Assembly (NCBI GenBank): GCA_947090525.1
Contig: CAMUON010000001.1
Coordinates: 388,473-452,472 of the forward strand
Source: an uncultured Atopobium sp.
GTDB lineage: Bacteria; Actinomycetota; Coriobacteriia; Coriobacteriales; Atopobiaceae
Direction of reading: 5' to 3'
DNA length: 64,000 nt
The notes under the pieces are model-generated. The model saw only the letters and a list, made by a program, of their open reading frames with translations, was not told where the DNA came from and did not search any database. Below, piece after piece: positions 31,242 to 41,179 of the stretch (its first letter is position 1; every line of letters starts with the position of its first letter). Both the position numbers and the translations under genes were made by a program.

Positions 31242-31373
31242 AGCTGCTCCTTTATCGCATGTTTTGCTATCACATATCGTATAGTCTTAACAATTTGGGT
31301 CAAGTCATAAAATTTGAAACATAGCTGCGCACGTATCTGCACGCAGGAGTGTTTGTCTCAAGAAAGCGCGCGA

Positions 31374-32486
31374 CTAGGTAATATCTCCACCGAGCTTTAC
31401 GTATCCTTGAATGACGCGTGTTCTGCGCTTGCTACCAGGGGGGCACGTTTTGTCAAACAACGGCATGATTCCGCGGAAAATTAAATCGGTTTTTGCGCTC
31501 CTAAATTGTCCCCGGAAGCTGTGCTGCGCGTGCTCGAGGCGCGCTTCCAATTCCTCCAAAAGCGCACTTCTATTGGCATATTCCCAAAAGTATACGCCAA
31601 AGTCGCAGTTCGGGTGATCCCAAGGGCGATCGTCTGGGCCGGCATAGTGAATGACGCCCGGATTTTTGCGCGCTTCTTCATACTTCTGGCGAATTTCGAG
31701 CGGGGCCTGCGCGATGATATGATCCCTTCTCAGCCCCTTCCAGTCCATCAGCGTGTTCCAGCGCATAGGCAAGCGCACATAGGACCCATCGGCGAGCATA
31801 TTGAGAATGTCCTGGTCAAGCCAGCGCCAAGTGCGTACGCAGGAAAGTTTTAGCATGTCTTCGATAGTAAAAATATGGCGGAATGCTTCGAGATTCATCA
31901 AAAGCACGCCCGCTTGGAAATAGCTATATGGATCGGAGAGGTTCAAATCCTGCAAAAGATAGGGGCCAACGGTGTTATCGTAGCCTTCAAGCTGGCCAAT
32001 TGTATCGGCGTCGGGCGTAGCCGCGAGAAGATAGCCGTCAACTGCTGTGTCGAAAAGCTTCGACAAATCATCGAGCACAACAAGATCGCTGTCCAAATAA
32101 ATTGCCTTTTTGCATTCGGGCAGGATCCAGGGGGCTAATAAGCGGAAATAGGTTTCGGGGCGAAAATGTCCGTGGTAGGGAAGAACGACCCCCGCAAGCG
32201 CGCTCGTAACATCCAAAAAGCCCAGGTGAACCTGGGGATGACGTGTGTTTTCTACAATTTGATTGATTGTTTGCTGCTTGATATCGCGCGTGAGCACAAT
32301 AATGTCGAAATGCCTATCACTCGTAATGTTTTCAACAATCGAGCGCACAGCGACAGCCATGTAAGGGGCGAAAAATTCGTTGCTTGCCAGCAGAATGACC
32401 ACATCGGAAAAATCCATGCCCAGCCCGCGCGCGTCTTGCGCAAGGCGCGTGGTAGTCGTAACTCCTGTGGGGGATGGTGTCGTCAT
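31374..32486 (-). CDS. Glycosyltransferase family 8 (LPS galactosyl/glucosyltransferase-like)
   Basis: GT8 DxD region (YLDSDLVVLDD). ATG at 32486 has an AAGGAG RBS. The ORF extends to 32528. Confidence 0.65.
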   Translation of the reverse strand: MTTPSPTGVTTTTRLAQDARGLGMDFSDVVILLASNEFFAPYMAVAVRSIVENITSDRHFDIIVLTRDIKQQTINQIVENTRHPQVHLGFLDVTSALAGVVLPYHGHFRPETYFRLLAPWILPECKKAIYLDSDLVVLDDLSKLFDTAVDGYLLAATPDADTIGQLEGYDNTVGPYLLQDLNLSDPYSYFQAGVLLMNLEAFRHIFTIEDMLKLSCVRTWRWLDQDILNMLADGSYVRLPMRWNTLMDWKGLRRDHIIAQAPLEIRQKYEEARKNPGVIHYAGPDDRPWDHPNCDFGVYFWEYANRSALLEELEARLEHAQHSFRGQFRSAKTDLIFRGIMPLFDKTCPPGSKRRTRVIQGYVKLGGDIT

Positions 32487-32550
32487 GAGTGTCTCCTTAT
32501 GAGCTTGGACGTACGCCCGCGCTCTCATGTGTTTTGGGTTTAAGCTTACG

Positions 32551-32659
32551 CTGAACCTTAAACGTTAACCTTAAAGCTAATGTTTACGTTAACTTTAATG
32601 TTTACCTTGATGTTAACGTTAAGGTTAACGTTAACATTAACGCTAACGCTAACGTTAAA
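32551..32659 (+). repeat. Hexanucleotide tandem repeat (GTTAAC/GTTAAG/GCTAAC variants, about 18 units)
   Basis: Seen directly. Lies between the maf stop and the GT8 start on the minus strand, that is, in the GT8 upstream region. Confidence 0.8.
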
Positions 32660-32734
32660 GTGAAGCTTAGTTCACGCTTTTGTTCTGGCACTATTGTATC
32701 AAAGCGCCTGCGCGTATGCCGCGCCCGCACGCGT

Positions 32735-33496
32735 CTATTTTGGGCAATTTCCCTCTTGCCAAAGCTTACGTATTGCGCGCACCGTGTGCGCGAGAGGAAG
32801 TCCCACAACGTTTTCATAATTGCCCGAAATTTTTTCAACAAAAAGCGCGGCCCCGCCTTGAATCCCGTAGGCGCCCGCCTTGTCCATGGGGTCTTTGCTT
32901 AGCACATAGGCTTCTATTTCTTGCGCTGAGAGGGGATAGAACCACACATCGGTTGTCTCGATGAGGCTGCGTGAAATGCCCTGGTAGCGCATGTATACAG
33001 CGGTAGAGACATGGTGCTTCGCATCCGAAAGGAGCGATAGCTTGCGCTTCGCATCTGCCGCATCTTTGGGCTTTCCGAGCACCTGGCCCGCTTCTGTCCA
33101 CACGATGGTGTCGGCAGCTAGGAAGAAATTCTTGTCCGGATTTGAAGAAAGCTGCGCGCGCAGAGCTGTTTCGGTTTCTGTTTGTTCGTTTGCTGCCAAG
33201 AGGGCGGAAAAATGGTCGTACACATAGAGAAGCTTTTCGCGAGCCAGGCGTTCTACCAGTGCTTTTGGCGACTCCTGCACATGCTTCGTCTCGTTTATAT
33301 GAGATGGAATGCAGTAGGTCGAAATACCCGCGCGCAGAAGCAGCTCCTTTCGCCTCGGTGACTGCGATGCGAGAACGATGAGAGAGGGTAGCTCGGTTTG
33401 AGATGGGGGAAGGGTATTGATTGTGGTTGCTTGAGGTATTTGAGGTGCTTGAGCTGCTTGAGCTGCTTGAGTTTCTGGGTTCATAACTTTACTCAC
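32735..33496 (-). CDS. maf: Maf-like nucleoside triphosphate pyrophosphatase / septum-formation protein
   Basis: LVLASQSPRRKELL and DTIV motifs. N-terminus has a QAA-repeat extension, so the start is uncertain. Confidence 0.8.
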   Translation of the reverse strand: MSKVMNPETQAAQAAQAPQIPQATTINTLPPSQTELPSLIVLASQSPRRKELLLRAGISTYCIPSHINETKHVQESPKALVERLAREKLLYVYDHFSALLAANEQTETETALRAQLSSNPDKNFFLAADTIVWTEAGQVLGKPKDAADAKRKLSLLSDAKHHVSTAVYMRYQGISRSLIETTDVWFYPLSAQEIEAYVLSKDPMDKAGAYGIQGGAALFVEKISGNYENVVGLPLAHTVRAIRKLWQEGNCPK

Positions 33497-33846
33497 TTTC
33501 AGATAAGCATGTCTGCTTGTACGTTGAAGCTGCGTTGTTCGGGCCGCTCATTCCGACTGCCGCACATGGGTGTTGGCTCATGCCGTTGCCCAGCACACGC
33601 CCGGCCACACGCCCGGCCACACTGCCCACGCATTCTTAGTTTTTTCTCTTGAATTTTTTATCAAATATCGTAGTATTATTGAGTATATATCATATGTTAT
33701 CGGGCAAACGGTAAACGCAGACTAAACAAACCACGCCGCCTGCCGCCGTCGCAGCGCTTCGCCGCTGCGACCAGCATTTATGTACTGCACTAAGCGGCTT
33801 TGAGCTTTTGTTTATATGCGCTTTACTATCTTGGAAGGGTGCAAGG

Positions 33847-35469
33847 ATGAAAGGCTCAATAAGCTCGCATGCAGTTGTTTGTGGTCTTGTGTGCGCTAGC
33901 ACAGTTGTATTTCCTCCCTTGGCGTGTGCACAGGCGCCCGCGCAAGGCAATCCCTCCCTTCTTTTGAGCGAAGCATACATGAATTTTGGCCTGGGCTTTT
34001 TGGCCGGCGTTGGCATAAGTGGCCTTATTACAACCATTGGTATCATGATTTACGCGCATAGGCTCGAAGTGCGTGCGGCGGAAGATATCGAGTTCGAGAC
34101 CTGCGTATTTACGCCCTCGCGCGCGACTTCGGCTGCGTCTGCGGATGTTTCTACAAATGGATATGCGTCCGCGCCTACGTCTAAAAATGCGTTCGTAGCT
34201 GCGACTAGCCCCGCGGCTACGACTAGCTCCGCGGCTGCATCTGCATCTACATCTACTCCCGCATCGGCTCCAGCGCCCTCAGGGCCAGAGTCTTGCGGTG
34301 TTCTTTCACAGGCGTCTTCTTCCGCCAATTCTCTACGCGCGCGCCTTTCTCAGATTCCCCAGGTAGATGCCCCAATAGCTTCGCACCCAGATACGCCAAA
34401 AGCTTCGCAAAAAGCTTCACAAAAATCAGAGCAACAAGCTTCGCAAAAAGCTTCACATCTCACCAATAGTCTTGAGGATTTTGCCGAGCATTATGCGCAG
34501 CATGAGAGTTTCAAAGAGCGCATGATGACGCGCGCGCAAGGTGTGAGAGAGATCCTTTCGAGTCGTTTGTCGAAAAATCGATATAGCGATATTCCGGTTA
34601 TCGAGCGCGCAGATGGTTCCGTAGGCGATGTGGGCGAGACCTGGTGGAGCGCTTGCGTCGACGAAGAATTGCAAAAAACTGGCAAACTAGCAGGATCGCA
34701 AGTGGCTCAAGTTACGGGGAGTGTGTCTGCTGTCGCAGCCTCCGCACCCGCGCCTGCAGCTTCAGTGCCCGCACCCGCGCCTCAAGCACTCGCGTCCGCG
34801 CCTGCAGCTGCCGCTCCAGCTTCTAAAAAACCTGCAGCGTATCCTCAGCTTTCGCAGGGTCAACGCATTGCGCGATCAATTGCCGAGGTAGACGAGGGTA
34901 TATATCCCATGCGTCGTGAGGTTGAGGATCTTGAGAAGAAGGATCTCTTCGAGGAAGCGCTTCGTGCGATGGGCGATGCTATGCCCGCTGATCAGGCAAA
35001 AGCTCCTATTTTTGCTGATTCCATAGGTGGAAGTTCAACTATCGATGAGGTTGACGATATCGAGGCTGCAACTGCGTTTATACCCTTTAAGGTGCCGCCC
35101 GCGCATCCAGAGATTCATGACACGAAGAGCTACATCGATTACCTGGTAGAAGACGAGTTTAGGCGGAGCAAGCAGCAAAAGCATCGCGCTCACACGCGCT
35201 CGAATGCGCCTGCGCCCCATGCTCCTATGCTTCGCGTGATTGAGGGCGGTAGCCAAGCGCTGCCTAAATTAGCTACTGGCGTCTGGAGTATGAGTGCATC
35301 TAATGGTCGGAAAAACCCGAGCTCAGATGTGCGGTCTCATACGCCTAAACATATGAGGCTAGAAAGCGAGAATGCGCCAGCCTCTGCGTCCTCGCTCATG
35401 CCCGCAGCTTCGCGTACAGTCTCTCACGCGCCCAAGCATTTTACTCTTTCTCCTGTCAAGGAAGCGTAA
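33847..35469 (+). CDS. Hypothetical secreted/membrane-anchored low-complexity (A/S/P-rich) protein
   Basis: Signal peptide ending AQA, one TM helix, long A/S/P/Q-rich tracts. ORF begins 33808; ATG 33847 chosen. Confidence 0.4.
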   Translation: MKGSISSHAVVCGLVCASTVVFPPLACAQAPAQGNPSLLLSEAYMNFGLGFLAGVGISGLITTIGIMIYAHRLEVRAAEDIEFETCVFTPSRATSAASADVSTNGYASAPTSKNAFVAATSPAATTSSAAASASTSTPASAPAPSGPESCGVLSQASSSANSLRARLSQIPQVDAPIASHPDTPKASQKASQKSEQQASQKASHLTNSLEDFAEHYAQHESFKERMMTRAQGVREILSSRLSKNRYSDIPVIERADGSVGDVGETWWSACVDEELQKTGKLAGSQVAQVTGSVSAVAASAPAPAASVPAPAPQALASAPAAAAPASKKPAAYPQLSQGQRIARSIAEVDEGIYPMRREVEDLEKKDLFEEALRAMGDAMPADQAKAPIFADSIGGSSTIDEVDDIEAATAFIPFKVPPAHPEIHDTKSYIDYLVEDEFRRSKQQKHRAHTRSNAPAPHAPMLRVIEGGSQALPKLATGVWSMSASNGRKNPSSDVRSHTPKHMRLESENAPASASSLMPAASRTVSHAPKHFTLSPVKEA

Positions 35470-35755
35470 ATCCTGCGCCTTAAGTAATTGGCATACAATC
35501 CGCACCTTCTGCGCAGGAATATATATTGTATGCAATAGAGGGTTTATGTATGACGTTCGTATAATCGTACATAAGCCCTCTAATCATCTCTATACCTATG
35601 TGATAGCTGGCAACACCCAATATACCAAGAGCTATAGCCCTATACCAACGTAAAACTTTCTAGACTTATCGGCAAACTTATGTGATACTTAAAATACTGT
35701 ACACAATATACAACCACCATCATATCGTGGCGCGCTGTAACTGATAGGAGTAGGT

Positions 35756-38056
35756 ATGAAACAGGTATCGCATGGCACAGGCGTACGGCATTCGCTTACT
35801 AAGATAGCCGTCGCATCCGTTCTCTCGACTACACTTGGAGTGGGGGGGGGGGTAGCTCTTTCTACGACCTCATATGCGCAGTCGCAAAGCGTAGATCAAT
35901 CTACTGATACTGAGCGGACATGGACTGAACACACTGCACAGTGGAGCGATGCATACGGACAACACCAGCCTTTTTCAAAGATTAATACACAAGGCAACTT
36001 AGAGGGCGTTTTTTGTAATCGTTCTGAAAGTTCGGGTGGTCAAACCAAAGTTTGGACTTCAGCAAAATACACCTTTTATCGAAGCGACCATGATGGGTAC
36101 AAAAAAGGCGACCTCGTTATCGAACCTATTAATGCCTCTGGCGTGATTAAAGCTGGTCCATCTAATAATGATTACAGGGTATGGCTAGAAGATAAAGAAA
36201 TTTATAAGAACGTAAAGCGTATTATCTTTAAGCAAGCGACGATCGCAGGCAACAAGGTTGGGTGCACCCTAAAACTAAACCAATGGAGTTATTCTCAGTT
36301 GTTTAATGGCATGCCTGCTGTCGAGCTCATAGATTTTCGGGGACTTACGTTCCAAACCGAAGCGGGTTCTTATCCAATTGCCTGGCGTATGTTTGAGAGC
36401 TCCCCTAAGCTCAGAACGATACTTTTTAATGCAAATATTAAAAAGCAATTTAGTGATATAGCATATTTTAACTATATGTTTGCAAAGTGTTACAATTTGA
36501 GACACATTCTGGCAAAAAGCCCAGATGAAGTGGTTGATGAAAGCACGTTACCTGCTTGTGATCTAAGCGGCCTTAGTGTCTTTGATACACAAAATGCAAA
36601 ATCCATGAAAGCCATGTTTGAATTTTGCCGTTCGATGACTGATTTTAAGTTTAAGGATTACACCAATTTTAAGACGAGCAAAGTTCAAGATTTTTCTTAT
36701 ATGTTTTCTGGCCTCCCTACGACATCCGCGCAGGATAAGCTTGAGAATGACTGGGAACCGGACACGTTTACCGTAGCAGAGGGCGAGTTCAAGGATATGA
36801 AGGGCATGTTTGAGCTAAAAAAGCTCGATCTGTCTTCGTTCGATACATCTTCCGCAAAGACCATGTACCGCATGCTGATTGGGCAAGAAGGCCTCACCGA
36901 GCTTGATCTTTCGGGTTCGTTTAAGATGTCGGAAAATACTTCTACAAACGAGATGCTACGGGGCGTGCATGCGCTGCAAAAGTTGAAGGTCAACAAGAAC
37001 ATAGTCTTTACGAACAGCATGATGCTAAATGAACCGAATGACAACATTTATAAAGAATATATCCGACCAACGTTTGATAGAAAGAACACAAAAACTTATT
37101 CGGGCAAATGGATACAAGAAGGTAAAGTTGACACAGCATATACTACAAAAGACTTTTGGTATACAAGCAAGATTAGTGAGCTCAAGAAACCCCTGGCAGA
37201 CAATGGTTCTCTTACGTTTGTTTGGCAAGAGAAAGATTCATCTGTGCCCTCTACGAACCAGCAAAACAAGCAAATTACGATCGTAACTAATGAAGGTTTG
37301 TTTGACAATAACGCTTTTGTAAAGTCTCTTACAACAGACAATAACGGCAAATTGAACGCTACTGACCTCCCAACAAAAACGAAGGAAGGTAGAAAGATTA
37401 CTGGCTGGTACAAATTAGGCGATCCCGCGAAAACGCCCGTTTCGCTGGATACCACAGAATTTAAAGAGAATACTACGCTTGTAGCACTCTTGGAAGCAGC
37501 TACACCGGGTGGCGCTGGTGATCAGGGCGGATCTGGCTCTGGCACGGGCAGTGGCGCTGGCACGGGTAGTGGCTCTGGTAGCGGTGTCGGCGGTTCATTA
37601 GGATTTGTGCCTCAGACTGGGGATACAGGCGCCGCGAGTGAACTTGTTGCGATGTATCGTCTGTATAATTCTTGGACAGGAGAGCATCTCTTTACGATTG
37701 ATAAGAGCGAGTATGATACCCTTGTTTCTGCAGGTTGGAAGGGTGAAGGCAGGATCAATAGTGTCGCCACGAAGGAAGGGGAGAGTGTATACCGCCTGTA
37801 TAATCCCTGGACGCATGAACACCACTATACAACCGATAAAGACGAGCTCGCTTCGTGCGTAGCCGCTGGTTGGAAGAACGAAGGCGTGCAGTTCCACAGT
37901 GTAAAGAATGGCGCGGTAGCTGTGTACAGCATGTATAATCCGTATGAAACGTCGTTCTACCACCACTACACGTCCGACCTCAATGAGATTAGCCGGATGG
38001 AGAAAGACGGTTGGATAAAAGAGGGCATCAAGTGGTACGCCGCGGCTAATTATTAG
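35756..38056 (+). CDS. Surface protein: signal peptide, DUF285-like (BspA/Mycoplasma-type 26-residue) repeats, G/S/T linker, three C-terminal YRLYNPxTxEHxYT...GWKxEG repeats; contains G11 tract at 35842-35852 (in frame, ON)
   Basis: N-terminal signal sequence. Motifs DLSxFDTSxAKxMxxMF. GSGSGTGSGAGTGSGSG linker. Three tandem repeats of about 45 aa. Confidence 0.65.
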   Translation: MKQVSHGTGVRHSLTKIAVASVLSTTLGVGGGVALSTTSYAQSQSVDQSTDTERTWTEHTAQWSDAYGQHQPFSKINTQGNLEGVFCNRSESSGGQTKVWTSAKYTFYRSDHDGYKKGDLVIEPINASGVIKAGPSNNDYRVWLEDKEIYKNVKRIIFKQATIAGNKVGCTLKLNQWSYSQLFNGMPAVELIDFRGLTFQTEAGSYPIAWRMFESSPKLRTILFNANIKKQFSDIAYFNYMFAKCYNLRHILAKSPDEVVDESTLPACDLSGLSVFDTQNAKSMKAMFEFCRSMTDFKFKDYTNFKTSKVQDFSYMFSGLPTTSAQDKLENDWEPDTFTVAEGEFKDMKGMFELKKLDLSSFDTSSAKTMYRMLIGQEGLTELDLSGSFKMSENTSTNEMLRGVHALQKLKVNKNIVFTNSMMLNEPNDNIYKEYIRPTFDRKNTKTYSGKWIQEGKVDTAYTTKDFWYTSKISELKKPLADNGSLTFVWQEKDSSVPSTNQQNKQITIVTNEGLFDNNAFVKSLTTDNNGKLNATDLPTKTKEGRKITGWYKLGDPAKTPVSLDTTEFKENTTLVALLEAATPGGAGDQGGSGSGTGSGAGTGSGSGSGVGGSLGFVPQTGDTGAASELVAMYRLYNSWTGEHLFTIDKSEYDTLVSAGWKGEGRINSVATKEGESVYRLYNPWTHEHHYTTDKDELASCVAAGWKNEGVQFHSVKNGAVAVYSMYNPYETSFYHHYTSDLNEISRMEKDGWIKEGIKWYAAANY
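35842..35852 (+). other. Homopolymeric G11 tract inside the signal-peptide region of surface protein 35756-38056
   Basis: Counted directly (encodes VGGGV). A change of one G would shift the frame. Confidence 0.8.
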
Positions 38057-38207
38057 ACTATAAGATGCGTTTATAAGCGCTTTATAAGCGCTGATGTTTA
38101 AACGCGCTGGTCTATAACAGCCGGTAGCTGTTGTTCTGCTTAAACGAAGCGCGGCACGAGCAAAAGCTTGTGTCGCGCTTGTGCTTACCCTAATTTAAAG
38201 CGTGCGT

Positions 38208-40205
38208 TTAGTCGATCATCTCATTGATATCCCAGGTAAACGGTGCTGCTTTGCCATTGTATGCCTCATATGCAGCTTTCACTGCTCCTGTGAGCTTGGC
38301 GTCTTTCGGATTGTTCATCCACTTGACATACGCGTCAACATAGGCGTTGTAGTTTTTCTTTACTTCTTCTTTTGCATCTGCCTTGGGCGCTTCAGAGCCA
38401 AGAACACTACTCTGCAATCTGATAAGAAGCCCATAGCGCACATACTCGGGATCGGATGTGTAAGAAACGCGATTCATGCCCGCATACTCTCTATGTGGAT
38501 TTATCAGATATGCAGCTGCTTCGATAGCGTCTTTACGTGCTTTGAGCTTTGCTTCATCAGTTTTCGCAGTACTGTATTCAAGCTCTGCTTTCTTGAGCTT
38601 ATATATACACAGCTGTACATCGGGGTTCTTCGCGGGCACATCTGCTTCTTGTTTGAATGCCTTCCACTGTTCATTAAGCGCTTTTTTGGTCGCTTGAGTA
38701 TAGCCTTCAGTTTCCACGAACTCGCGGGTGACTTGGGTTGTGCGATAGGACGGCAGCTTCAGATAGGGTGATTGCGCGCGCGTATCTTTTGTAATTGCTG
38801 CAATCTTTTTATCCAAGTCGCCTACTTTGTCTGTTGTTGTTGCGTGATAGGCACTTGTATCTTTCGCGCAGAGCGTCATGTTCAGCTCTGGCAAGCCGCT
38901 TGGAGCATGTTCATCCTTCGCAAGCGCTGGTACCTGGTAGTTGTGGGCCTTGGGAGTGGCGTCAGCATCATCATATGCTGTAAATGTAACGTCGTAGGCT
39001 TTGGTTTCTGCATTATAGCGTACACGGCGAAGCTGGAGTTTGTCTCCACTTTGCACTTTATGTGTATCGTTAACCACGTCCAAAACTGCAGCTGCTTCTG
39101 TATAGCGAGCGCTTGCGGTTTTTGTTACTGCCTCTTCGCTTTTGCCATACATTTGCGATGCAATGCATTTGTATACGGTGACCTGCGTGTCTTTAAGTGT
39201 TGTGGTGCCTTTCGGGTCGTTGGTAAAGTGGAGCGTATAAGTAACGGGAACCACTTTCTTTTCGTCGGTTTCTACGGCTGTTTTTGCTTCATTAAAGGCT
39301 TTTTTAGCGGTATCATCATTTGGTTTCTTGTCCAGCTCAGCCTTTTTCTGTGCAAGCTCATTTAGGTTTTTCGCATACTCTGCGTCAAATTCTTTTTCTT
39401 TTTGAATAAGGGCAGCTGTAGCAGCTTGAGCTTTTACTTCCTCGCTGGCACTGGCCTCTTTTGCTTTCTTTGCGAGGTCTTCTGCTTTAGTTTTAGCAGC
39501 AGTAGCGCGCGTGGTTAGCTCTGTAACGGCCTCTGCACCTGTAAGTGTTTTACCAACAGCAGTTGTAACAGTTGTTGCGGCTTTACGTGTTGCGTCAACA
39601 AGGTCCTTAACAGACTCTTTTGCCTTGTTGAGAACAGCTTTCTGCTCTTTGCTTAACTCTTTGCTTAAGCTAGGCGTAGATGATTCGCTTGAGCTCGAAG
39701 GGTTGGAGCCGGTGCCGGTGCCCACACCGATAATAACATCGCTTGTGCCTGCTGCAGGAGCTTCCGCAGGAGTTTCTGCGGGCTTTCCAGGTACGAACCA
39801 TTGTTCATGCTCGTCTTTCCAGCCGCGAGCTACGCTATCGCTCACTTCAGACGGATTTGTAGTAAAGAAGTGTGTATGTTCTTGTTCGTAGGGATTAAAG
39901 AGACGATATACCGGCTGATTTGCAACCTCAGATTTTGCTGCAAAACCATATGCCTCAAATTTGTCGTCGAGTTTCATACCACGTGCAAGACACTCGTCTT
40001 TTTCTTGAGCATTTGTGGTATAGAGGTGATCGTCTCCCCAAGGATTATAGAGACGATAAATAGTTTCGACACCTTGTGTGCCTTTTACAGGGCTGTACCA
40101 GCCAATTCCTTCTTCATTCCAACCAACTGCACGAAGGCTTGCAGCTTCTTCTTCGCTTGGTGTATAGAGATGTTCATACGTATACGGATTATAGAAGCGA
40201 AGCAT
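38208..40205 (-). CDS. Secreted repeat protein (body): N-terminal YRLYNP-type repeats (3 or more), A/K/E-rich helical region, C-terminal domain; currently separated from its signal peptide by a frameshift at a C9/G9 tract
   Basis: Same repeat family as the C-terminus of 35756-38056. Upstream ORF 40226-40423 (minus strand) encodes the signal peptide in the -1 frame. Confidence 0.65.
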   Translation of the reverse strand: MLRFYNPYTYEHLYTPSEEEAASLRAVGWNEEGIGWYSPVKGTQGVETIYRLYNPWGDDHLYTTNAQEKDECLARGMKLDDKFEAYGFAAKSEVANQPVYRLFNPYEQEHTHFFTTNPSEVSDSVARGWKDEHEQWFVPGKPAETPAEAPAAGTSDVIIGVGTGTGSNPSSSSESSTPSLSKELSKEQKAVLNKAKESVKDLVDATRKAATTVTTAVGKTLTGAEAVTELTTRATAAKTKAEDLAKKAKEASASEEVKAQAATAALIQKEKEFDAEYAKNLNELAQKKAELDKKPNDDTAKKAFNEAKTAVETDEKKVVPVTYTLHFTNDPKGTTTLKDTQVTVYKCIASQMYGKSEEAVTKTASARYTEAAAVLDVVNDTHKVQSGDKLQLRRVRYNAETKAYDVTFTAYDDADATPKAHNYQVPALAKDEHAPSGLPELNMTLCAKDTSAYHATTTDKVGDLDKKIAAITKDTRAQSPYLKLPSYRTTQVTREFVETEGYTQATKKALNEQWKAFKQEADVPAKNPDVQLCIYKLKKAELEYSTAKTDEAKLKARKDAIEAAAYLINPHREYAGMNRVSYTSDPEYVRYGLLIRLQSSVLGSEAPKADAKEEVKKNYNAYVDAYVKWMNNPKDAKLTGAVKAAYEAYNGKAAPFTWDINEMID

Positions 40206-40225
40206 CTTTTGGCATGTAACGCCAT

Positions 40226-40423
40226 TTACCGTTTCTGTTGGGGGGGGGTGACTTCAGCAGCTTCAGCTTTAACACCCATGCCAAGGGTGCATACAAGTGC
40301 TGCTGTCATGCTGGCAAGTCCCAGCGCTTTTTTAGTAGACAACATACCCAAATCCTTTCTATTGGATGGTATACGAACAGACAACACATAAATACGCCTC
40401 AAGTATAAGCCTCTATAATGCAT
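40226..40423 (-). CDS. Signal-peptide-encoding 5' fragment of surface protein 38208-40205 (out of frame with the body at the current G9 tract)
   Basis: MLSTKKALGLASMTAALVCTLGMGVKAEAA is a classic signal peptide. Inserting one G into the G9 tract (40240-40248) fuses it in frame to the MLRFYNPYTYEH body. Confidence 0.55.
   Translation of the reverse strand: MHYRGLYLRRIYVLSVRIPSNRKDLGMLSTKKALGLASMTAALVCTLGMGVKAEAAEVTPPQQKR
40240..40248 (-). other. Homopolymeric G9 (C9 on the coding strand) tract; candidate slipped-strand phase-variation switch
   Basis: Counted directly. Frame analysis shows 10 G gives the full-length secreted protein; 9 G gives the signal peptide and body in different frames. 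Confidence 0.7.
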
Positions 40424-40512
40424 GATTCAAGCTAGAATGCTGTCGTCTGAGGTTACTTTTTATCCATTCGTATACAAAGCTATAGCGCATGCGGCTCAGC
40501 AGACATGCGTTT

Positions 40513-40728
40513 ACAAAACGCAGGCGCTCATATTAGAAAAATACCCCACTTTGTCACGTGTTGGAATGGCGACTGCTCGCAGGGCGAAGAAAGCTGTTTT
40601 GTGTTTCTCCAGGTAGTTTCGTTGCAGCTTGTTGATTGTGCTCTAAAAACTAGCCCGACGGACAATATTCGGCTCCCAAACACGTGACAAAGTGGGGTAA
40701 AGTTCTAATATCACTCAATACGTTTTGT
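40513..40728 (+). mobile_element. MITE-like 216-bp element, copy 2
   Basis: Same termini and same length as 11671-11886. The internal segment is diverged but collinear. Confidence 0.55.
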
Positions 40729-41179
40729 GAGAGGTGGAGCGCACAGGTGTTTGACCAGGTGCTTGACCCAGCACGCGCCCGCATTAGTCTGACGTGTAAG
40801 GCCCTCGCGCCCGCGTCATAAGCTACGCGTAATATTCAATAGCCAAGCTGCTGATATATCCAACGCACCCTTATTATCCTGCACTTTGTATAAATCTCCC
40901 AAAATCGCGCGCGAGAGAAATGTATAAAACACCCGAAATCGCTCAAAAATATAATATAAAACGCGCAAAAACAGCCTGACTGATTAGTTTTCTTTGGTTA
41001 ACACGTACGCAACAAAATGATTAAAAATAGGGGAATAAGCCCCAAGTTTGAATAGAAACGTTAACATTTGATGTCCAAATGAGAAAGTAGCCGCGCCTTT
41101 GGAGCTTTTTGGCTATTGTCTTGTGTAACAAAAAGAGCAAGTACGCGCTCTTCCGTATTCGATTTTTAAGGAGGATAAG

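Noticed and set aside
38202-40391. Plus-strand ORFs 38202-38771, 38772-39365 and 39801-40391
   Set aside because: Antisense to the 665-aa minus-strand surface protein with strong repeat and domain content. Cys/Phe-rich translations typical of antisense A/K/E-rich genes.
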